The notes under the pieces are model-generated. The model searched no databases, was not told the origin of the DNA, and saw only the letters and a list, made by a program, of their open reading frames with translations. From Thermoplasmata archaeon (GTDB taxonomy: Archaea; Thermoplasmatota; Thermoplasmata; Thermoplasmatales; GCA-001856825), in assembly GCA_021792255.1 (NCBI GenBank), contig JAJYUZ010000001.1:160001-224000 (forward strand): 64,000 nucleotides of DNA, read 5' to 3'. Made by a program: the position numbers and the translations under genes. Below are positions 57,150 through 64,000 of the stretch, one piece after another. Each line of letters starts with the position of its first letter. The first letter of the stretch is position 1.

Positions 57150-58805
57150 TCACTGGACGCATGGAGCTTTGAACCTGACTCCTTTTTTGATAAGATCGAT
57201 AGACCTTTCGTAACCCGCATCGGCGTGCCTAAGCACTCCCATTCCGGGATCTGCGTTGAGAACTCTCTTGATCCTATCTTCAGCTCTGGATGTACCATCG
57301 GCCACTATCACGAAGCCAGAGTGAATAGAGTTGCCGATCCCAGTCCCGCCACCATGATGAATAGAGACCCAGCTCGCCCCCGATATCGCATTGAGCATCG
57401 CATTTAGTATTGGCCAGTCTGCGATCGCATCGCTTCCGTCTTTCATTTTTTCCGTCTCTCTGTATGGAGACGCGACACTCCCTGTGTCGTGATGGTCCCT
57501 CCCGATTGCAACTGGTGCAGTCAGAATTCCTTCTTTGACCATCCTGTTGATCATCAGGCCTATCTCTTCCCTCTGTCCGTATTTGGCATAGCATATGCGT
57601 GCCGGGAGCCCCTGGAAATGAATCCTCTCCTTGGCTAGTTTTATCCACTTTATCAGGTGGGAGTCTTCCTTAAAATTCTTGATTATCTCGTCGTCTATCC
57701 TGAATATGTCATTTGGGTCCCCAGACAACGCAAGCCATCTGAATGGCCCAGAACCTATTTCGAAGAGTTCCCTGATATAAGCGGGTACGTACCCAGGTAT
57801 GTCGAATGCATTCTTCAGTCCTCCCTCTACCGCACGCCCCCTCAGATTGTTTCCATAATCGAATGTGCTTGAGCCATGATCCTTGAACCACAGTATGGCC
57901 TTCGTTTCCTTCACTATCGATTTATAGACGGCGCTCTTGTATGCCTCTGGATCCTCTTTCCTAAACTTCTCTGCGGTTTGGACATCATATCCCTCGGGAA
58001 TGTAACCGACGTTCAGGTCGTGTGCTGCCGTTTGATCAGAAACTATGTCAGGTACGATTTTCCTGTTCACGAGCTCGTCATAGATTGTCGCTGCATTTCC
58101 GAGTAGACCTATTGAAAGACTTTTGCCAGTTGCGAGAGCCTCGTCCTTCATCTTGACGGCTTCGTCCAGAGACTCGGTAAAGGTGTTGAGATACTTATCT
58201 CTCAGCCTCCTGTTGATCTTCTCTTTATCCACTTCTACTATTATTCCCACACCTTCATTCATAGTTATTGCGAGCGGTTGTGCCCCACCCATTTCACCTA
58301 GCCCGGAGGATAAGAACCACTTGTTTTTAAGAGTGTCCTTTTTGAACTCTTTTCTTGCGAGTGCTGAAAGGGTTTCGTAAGTTCCCTGCAACACTCCCTG
58401 TGTACCAATATATATCCAAGAACCGGCAGTCATTTGACCAAACATCGTCAGGCCCTTTCTTTCCAGTTCCCAGAATACATCATCTGTTGCCCATTTGGGC
58501 ACTATTTGCGCGTTCACTATCAGAACTCTCGGACTCGTCTCTGTAGTCTTAAAGACACCGACCGGTTTTCCAGACTGTATCAGCAGAGTTTCGTTGTTCT
58601 CGAGCAGTTTAAGATTCTGCACGATTTTATCATAAGCTTCCCAGTTTCTTGCTGCTTTACCTTTTCCACCATAGACAATAAGATTCGCTGGGTCTTTAGC
58701 GACCATTGGATCTAGATTATTCATGAGTAGTCTAAGTGCGGCCTCTTGCTCCCATCCTTTCGTGTTGAGGCTTGACCCCCTAGGTGCGTGAATTTCCTTG
58801 ATCAT
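57150..58805 (-). CDS. hutU: urocanate hydratase
   Basis: [42 protein letters not shown]. Confidence 0.96.
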   Translation of the reverse strand: MIKEIHAPRGSSLNTKGWEQEAALRLLMNNLDPMVAKDPANLIVYGGKGKAARNWEAYDKIVQNLKLLENNETLLIQSGKPVGVFKTTETSPRVLIVNAQIVPKWATDDVFWELERKGLTMFGQMTAGSWIYIGTQGVLQGTYETLSALARKEFKKDTLKNKWFLSSGLGEMGGAQPLAITMNEGVGIIVEVDKEKINRRLRDKYLNTFTESLDEAVKMKDEALATGKSLSIGLLGNAATIYDELVNRKIVPDIVSDQTAAHDLNVGYIPEGYDVQTAEKFRKEDPEAYKSAVYKSIVKETKAILWFKDHGSSTFDYGNNLRGRAVEGGLKNAFDIPGYVPAYIRELFEIGSGPFRWLALSGDPNDIFRIDDEIIKNFKEDSHLIKWIKLAKERIHFQGLPARICYAKYGQREEIGLMINRMVKEGILTAPVAIGRDHHDTGSVASPYRETEKMKDGSDAIADWPILNAMLNAISGASWVSIHHGGGTGIGNSIHSGFVIVADGTSRAEDRIKRVLNADPGMGVLRHADAGYERSIDLIKKGVRFKAPCVQ

Positions 58806-58939
58806 AGTTCCGTATAGTCTGTTTAATTATTAAGAATGTCGAATGCAATAGTCGCGGTTAAACTGCGTACTACAGGCGATCGGACTATTGAAATTATTTT
58901 GCCAGGGGCATTGATTTGGCTACTCTCCCTGTTCCCCTT

Positions 58940-59776
58940 CTAGTACTTGTAAAAACCCTCTCCACTCTTTCTACCCAGCTTTCCTGCTTCCACCATTTTC
59001 CTTAAAATGGGAGCTGCTCTGAATTTGGGATCCTTGTAAGAGTTGTACATGATGTCCATTATGTTTACGACAGTATCCCAGCCAATGAGATCCCCTAGCG
59101 TAAGTGGTCCCATTGGGAAGTTTCCACCAAGCTTGAGCGCCTTGTCTATGTCCTCTTTAGACGCCAGTCCTTCTGAATATTCAAACGCCCCCTCGTTGAC
59201 GAGCATTGCAATCACTCTCGTGGTTACGAAACCCGGCGAATCATTAACCACGACGAATTCTTTTCCTACGCTCTTCGCAAATTCAATTGCCCGATCAACT
59301 GCCTGTTGAGAAGTCTTAACTCCCTTTATGAGTTCTATCAGGTTCATCAGGGCGACCGGATTGAAAAAATGGATTCCCAGAAATCTCGATGGATCTTTGA
59401 GGCTGGCGCCAAGAGCAGTTATGCTTATCGAAGATGTGTTGGAAGAGATTATTGAATCTGGCGAAACGATCGATTCAATCTTCTTGAAGAATTCGATTTT
59501 CTCCTTTTGGTTCTCCACCACTGCTTCTATGACGATATCGCAACCGGAAAACTCCTTCAAATCGTCTGCGTAAACTATCCTCGATAAGATCTTTCCTTTA
59601 TCCTGGTTTATCACTTTCTTTTCAATCAGTTTGTCCAGACTTTTTCCCATTGAGACAACTGCCCTGTCGTAAAATGCCTTACTTACGTCAGTCACAATTA
59701 CGTCGTGTCCGGATGTTGCTGAGAGTTGTGCAATACCAGACCCCATTATGCCCAATCCAATTACACCTATTTTCAT
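58940..59776 (-). CDS. 3-hydroxyacyl(butyryl)-CoA dehydrogenase
   Basis: GLGIMGSGIA, SNTSS, HFFNP, PMGP, LGRKSGEGFY. Confidence 0.93.
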   Translation of the reverse strand: MKIGVIGLGIMGSGIAQLSATSGHDVIVTDVSKAFYDRAVVSMGKSLDKLIEKKVINQDKGKILSRIVYADDLKEFSGCDIVIEAVVENQKEKIEFFKKIESIVSPDSIISSNTSSISITALGASLKDPSRFLGIHFFNPVALMNLIELIKGVKTSQQAVDRAIEFAKSVGKEFVVVNDSPGFVTTRVIAMLVNEGAFEYSEGLASKEDIDKALKLGGNFPMGPLTLGDLIGWDTVVNIMDIMYNSYKDPKFRAAPILRKMVEAGKLGRKSGEGFYKY

Positions 59777-60937
59777 TTAAATCGCCTCTATCGCCATTGA
59801 ATAAGCTCCTCCGCCACCATGGCAAATGGTCGCAAGTCCTCTTCCCATCCGGAGATCTTCTAATTCTCTAAGCAGCGTAAGAACTATTCTGGCTCCTGAT
59901 GCTCCAAGAGGGTGCCCCAGAGCTATTGCCCCTCCTCTAATGTTGAACTTATTCCAATCTAGCCCAAGACCATCTCTCACTGCAAGAGAAGCAACTGAGA
60001 AGGCCTCGTTGTGCTCGACCAGGTCAAAGTCGCCAATTTTCATACCGATCCTCTTGAGTAGGTTGTTCACGGAAGGAACTGGTGCGTAAGGAAAATCGGA
60101 AGGATCCATTGACGTAGTATCAAATCCAATAATTTTGATTTTCTTTTCCAAGGAATTTTGGTGGATGAAATCTTCGTTCGCCAGTACTAGAGCAGTCGCT
60201 CCATCTGTAAGCTGAGAAGAGTTTCCTGCGGTCAGTACCCCGTCTGGGGTAAATGCCGGCTTAAGACCAGTCATGATCTCCTGGTTCGTTTCTCTTATTC
60301 CCTCGTCTATGTCAAAACCCTTCACTGGAACAATTTCTTTTCTAAAATAACCATTCTTCGTCGATTCGGAAGCTCTTCTGTAACTTTCAAGTGCATACTC
60401 GTCTGCCATCTCTCTCGTTATGTTATGGCTCCTCGCCCAGTCATCGGATATAGCTCCCATGTGCTTGTTGTACTTGAAGTCCCACAGGCCATCTTTTATC
60501 ATGGAATCCATTACAGGCCTCGACGCGTTTACTCCTTTGTTCTCTCTCCGGAAACTGGAATCGAGAAGAAATGGTGCATTGCTCATGCTTTCCATTCCCC
60601 CTACGACCATAACGTCCCTTTGTCCCATCTTGATCTGATAATATGCATTTGCTATAGCGAGCATACCAGAGGCGCATACCATGTTTACCGTCGATCCTGA
60701 AACTTCAACAGGAATTCCGGCCGCTATGGCAGCCTGCCTAGCTGGGTCCTGCCCAAGACCCGCTTCTATGACATTGCCCATCACGACCTCTTGTATCTTT
60801 GAAGGTTCAATGCCTGCATCTTGGATAGAAGCTCGTATGGCGACAGCACCAAGATCTATGGCACTATATCCAGCCAGGGCCTTTCCATACTTGCCTAATG
60901 GAGTTCTCTTTCCACCAATAATGAAAACGTCTACCAT
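59777..60937 (-). CDS. acetyl-CoA C-acetyltransferase (thiolase)
   Basis: VNMVCASG, NEAF, GHPLGASG, CHGGG. Confidence 0.93.
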   Translation of the reverse strand: MVDVFIIGGKRTPLGKYGKALAGYSAIDLGAVAIRASIQDAGIEPSKIQEVVMGNVIEAGLGQDPARQAAIAAGIPVEVSGSTVNMVCASGMLAIANAYYQIKMGQRDVMVVGGMESMSNAPFLLDSSFRRENKGVNASRPVMDSMIKDGLWDFKYNKHMGAISDDWARSHNITREMADEYALESYRRASESTKNGYFRKEIVPVKGFDIDEGIRETNQEIMTGLKPAFTPDGVLTAGNSSQLTDGATALVLANEDFIHQNSLEKKIKIIGFDTTSMDPSDFPYAPVPSVNNLLKRIGMKIGDFDLVEHNEAFSVASLAVRDGLGLDWNKFNIRGGAIALGHPLGASGARIVLTLLRELEDLRMGRGLATICHGGGGAYSMAIEAI

Positions 60938-61334
60938 ATTAGATCCCTCTACAAGATTCAGTAATGACTTTCATTTGTTTGATAAATCGAGAGTTGTCAA
61001 CAAGATCAGCATAGAGCTTCAACTGAATCTATTCCTGATTTTTTACTGAAATAAAAGCATTTAGCGGTCTATCGCAGATGTTCATTAATTGTCAAGGCAT
61101 TTGGTCGACCGGTTCGTCCAGTCTGTAGACAATCTTGATCCCGAATTCTTCTTGATTTAAGTTGGTTTTAAGAAGGAATGCGACAACAGCCACTGTGCTC
61201 ATGATTTTTTTAAGGTCCTTAAAGTCCGATGCTGTATTTCCAAGCCGATAAAGGGTATCTTATAAACTGTAAGATGCATCCTGACGGAACAAGAACGTCA
61301 GCGATATTTATTAGCAGTTATCATATCTATAATC

Positions 61335-63101
61335 GTGAGATTCCTAGAACTTGCGGAAACACTTGATAATATCGAAAGAACCACCAAAAGATTGGAAATG
61401 GTCGATTTGATTTCCGGGCTCCTTAGGGTGGCGGAGGATGACATCAAGGAGACCGTCTTTCTTCTTCAGGGCAAGGTTGCACCGGACTATGTGGGTCTCG
61501 AACTAGGGATCGCAGAAAAAATTGCGATAAGAGCTCTCTCTTCTCTGTCAGGACTCCGTGAAGAGGCGATTGAATTCGAGCTAATTGAGAAAGGCGATTT
61601 GGGAAAGATCGGAGAAGAACTACTCAAGAAAAAAAAGCAAGCATCATTATTCTCAGAGAGTCTGACCGTAAGAAAGGTATATGAGTCGCTGTTAAGGATT
61701 TCCAAAGCGGGGGGAGAGGGATCTCAGACTCGTAAGCTTCAGATACTCTTGGATTTGTTGCAGAACGCAGAACCTGTTGAAGTTAGATACCTTCTAAGGA
61801 TCGTTACTGGAAAGATGAGGATTGGCGTCGCAGACATGACGATAGTCGATGCGATAGCAGTAGCATTTGGTTCAAAGGAGAACAGCGACCTTGTGGAGCA
61901 CTCTTACAACATCATGCCTGACTTGCCAGAGCTCGCATACAGAGCAATGGCAGGAGGAATAGATTCTCTCTCTACCATAAGGATAACTCCGGGTATTCCC
62001 ATAAGGTCCATGCTTGCGGAGAGACTCCCCTCACTTAACGAAATCCTGACGAGAATGGAAGGGAGATTTGCAATCGAGTACAAGTATGATGGCCTCAGAA
62101 CCCAGGTTCATAAGATTGGTAGCAAGATAGAGCTATTCTCCAGGCGAATGGAAAACATTACTTCACAGTTCCCGGATATTGTAAAAGAGATCAGAGAAAA
62201 CGTGAAGGTGGAAAATGCGATACTCGACGGAGAAGCAGTACCCTTCAACCTGGAGACAAACGAGATGCTTCCGTTCCAGGAAATTTCGAGAAGAAGGGGC
62301 AGGAAGTACGATTTAAGCGAAACGATTGAAAGGATTCCGGTCGTACTCTTTCTGTTTGACGCTATGATGCTCAATGGAAAGAGTCTTATGGATATGCCAT
62401 ACGCTCAGAGAAGGGTGAAACTCACAAACACAATCAAGGAGAGCACCAAAATAAAGATCGCAAAGAGCAGAGTGGTGACCGACGTGGAATCGGCGGACAA
62501 ATTTTTTAACGAAGCACTCGAAGCAGGGTGTGAAGGAATAATGGCGAAGAGCATTGAGGAGAAGTCCATCTACAAACCCGGGGCTAGGGAGTTCCTCTGG
62601 ATTAAATACAAAAGAGAATACCAACTCGAGATGGAGGATACTGCTGATTTGGTCGTCGTTGGAGCTTTTGGTGGACAGGGGAAGAGGAGTGGAGGTTACG
62701 GCGCTTTGCTCATGGCGGTATATTCTAAAGAAGAGGACAAATTCAAGACCATTTGCAAACTCGGTTCCGGATTTACGGACGAGCAGCTAGAAAATTTGCC
62801 CCGAATGTTGAGAACTTTCGCAATCAAAAAGAAGGATCCAAGGGTGGAAAGCTCGATAGAGGCGGATTTCTGGTTTACTCCCTCTCTGGTGCTGGAAGTG
62901 AAGGGTGCAGAGATCACTCTCTCCCCCACCCATACGTGCTGTCAGGATGTAGTTAAAAAGGGGGCAGGTCTCGCGATAAGATTTCCCAGATTCGTTGGAA
63001 GGTGGAGGACTGACAAGAAGGTAGACGAGGCAACCGACGAACAGGAAATATTAGAAATGTATCACTCACAGAGGAAGAAAATTCTAGCCGACAATGCCTA
63101 A
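61335..63101 (+). CDS. lig: ATP-dependent DNA ligase
   Basis: EYKYDG, LDGE, EGIMAK, WIKYK, IRFPRF. Confidence 0.96.
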   Translation: MRFLELAETLDNIERTTKRLEMVDLISGLLRVAEDDIKETVFLLQGKVAPDYVGLELGIAEKIAIRALSSLSGLREEAIEFELIEKGDLGKIGEELLKKKKQASLFSESLTVRKVYESLLRISKAGGEGSQTRKLQILLDLLQNAEPVEVRYLLRIVTGKMRIGVADMTIVDAIAVAFGSKENSDLVEHSYNIMPDLPELAYRAMAGGIDSLSTIRITPGIPIRSMLAERLPSLNEILTRMEGRFAIEYKYDGLRTQVHKIGSKIELFSRRMENITSQFPDIVKEIRENVKVENAILDGEAVPFNLETNEMLPFQEISRRRGRKYDLSETIERIPVVLFLFDAMMLNGKSLMDMPYAQRRVKLTNTIKESTKIKIAKSRVVTDVESADKFFNEALEAGCEGIMAKSIEEKSIYKPGAREFLWIKYKREYQLEMEDTADLVVVGAFGGQGKRSGGYGALLMAVYSKEEDKFKTICKLGSGFTDEQLENLPRMLRTFAIKKKDPRVESSIEADFWFTPSLVLEVKGAEITLSPTHTCCQDVVKKGAGLAIRFPRFVGRWRTDKKVDEATDEQEILEMYHSQRKKILADNA

Positions 63102-63130
63102 ATTTTTATCTGACACCGACATCTGCTTCG

Positions 63131-64000
63131 ATGGCTTCGATAACGACGAGTGTGGGCAGTTTTTCGCTCGAAAATCCCGTTATCCTTGCCAGCGGTATCC
63201 TTGACGAAACTTCAGGTTCAATCCTACGCTCCTTGAGATCCGGAGCGGGGGCAGTTGTCACAAAATCGATTGGAATTTCCGAAAGGAAAGGCTACTCGAC
63301 TCCTGTGATATCGGAGGTAGGTACTGGGTTGCTCAATGCAGTTGGTCTTTCAAACCCGGGCATAGACAATTTCGTAGAAGAGTACAAGAGCTTTCCGGAA
63401 AAGAAGAAAACCATTGTATCAATTTTTGGTGGAAATGTTGAAGAATTCGTGACACTTGCGGGAAGGATTGAAGAGATAGGATTCGACAAGGTGGAACTCA
63501 ATCTCTCCTGTCCGCACGTAAAGGGAGTAGGTTCAGAAGTCGGACAAGACTTGGATATGGTGGAAGAAATTGTTTCCGAAATAAAGAACAGGACAAAACT
63601 CCAGGTGTGGGCAAAACTCACTCCAAACGTCACGGACTTGATCGCCCTCGCAAAGGCATCTGAGAAAGCCGATGCGTACACACTTATCAACACCCTGAGA
63701 GCTACTGGCGTAGAGATTTATTCTAGAAAATTTGTTCTTTCGAACACTATAGGAGGCTATTCCGGACCAGGCATAAAACCGGTTGCGCTAAGAGCGGTCT
63801 ACGATGTGTACAAGGAAACTGGTAAGAGTATAGTTGGAGTAGGTGGAATAACAACGTGGCAGGACGCGATAGAGTTCTTCCTGCTTGGGGCAAGAGCAAT
63901 CCAGATAGGCACTGCGCTGCTCTATGAGGATTATTCAGTTTATTCTAAGGTCAATCAGGGCATCAAGAAGTATCTAGACGATGAAGGATTTTCAAAGCTT
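63131..64000 (+). CDS. pyrD: dihydroorotate dehydrogenase (family 1), runs off window
   Basis: Manual translation MASITTSVGSFSLENPVILASG..VTKS..ELNLSCPHV..KLTPN..INT..GGYSG..VGVGGI. Confidence 0.93.
   Translation, partial: MASITTSVGSFSLENPVILASGILDETSGSILRSLRSGAGAVVTKSIGISERKGYSTPVISEVGTGLLNAVGLSNPGIDNFVEEYKSFPEKKKTIVSIFGGNVEEFVTLAGRIEEIGFDKVELNLSCPHVKGVGSEVGQDLDMVEEIVSEIKNRTKLQVWAKLTPNVTDLIALAKASEKADAYTLINTLRATGVEIYSRKFVLSNTIGGYSGPGIKPVALRAVYDVYKETGKSIVGVGGITTWQDAIEFFLLGARAIQIGTALLYEDYSVYSKVNQGIKKYLDDEGFSKL

Noticed and set aside
57077-57298. 73-aa ORF overlapping the hutU end
   Set aside because: Alternate-frame overlap with no coding evidence
60940-61330. Intergenic gap with a 36-codon minus-strand ORF
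   Set aside because: No motif, SD or structure supports it

Overview
This is an archaeal chromosomal window, most consistent with Thermoplasmata/Thermoplasmatales: it has a Kae1-Bud32 fusion, a tricorn-factor-like M1 peptidase, DUF6015, Csl4, an Sm protein, MCM, GGTGA-type Shine-Dalgarno sites and TATA-driven leaderless genes. Most of it is housekeeping. The accessory zone is about 8.7-25.4 kb. It contains (i) a ~6.1 kb element integrated at tRNA-Gly(TCC), bounded by a 13-bp direct repeat and inner inverted arms. The element encodes a tyrosine integrase, an AbrB-like regulator and a primase-less Rep/helicase-like protein whose gene carries a mirror-symmetric GGAC/GTCC array (putative embedded origin) and ends in a GINS-B-like domain. 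It also contains (ii) a bacterial-type shikimate/Phe/Tyr operon with AroA-AroC and AroE-AroK fusions, preceded by a candidate leaderless leader peptide with terminal Phe/Tyr codons, a U-tract and alternative hairpins (possible archaeal attenuator), and (iii) IS and permease remnants. Other notable items are an MCM Walker-A intein with LAGLIDADG motifs, an intron-containing tRNA-Tyr, a PolB2 three-gene cassette, an apparently catalytically dead galactokinase homolog, a Cys-less thiolase/DUF35 pair and a probable CTG start codon for rdgB. All family calls come from motif recognition by eye; no database searches were run.
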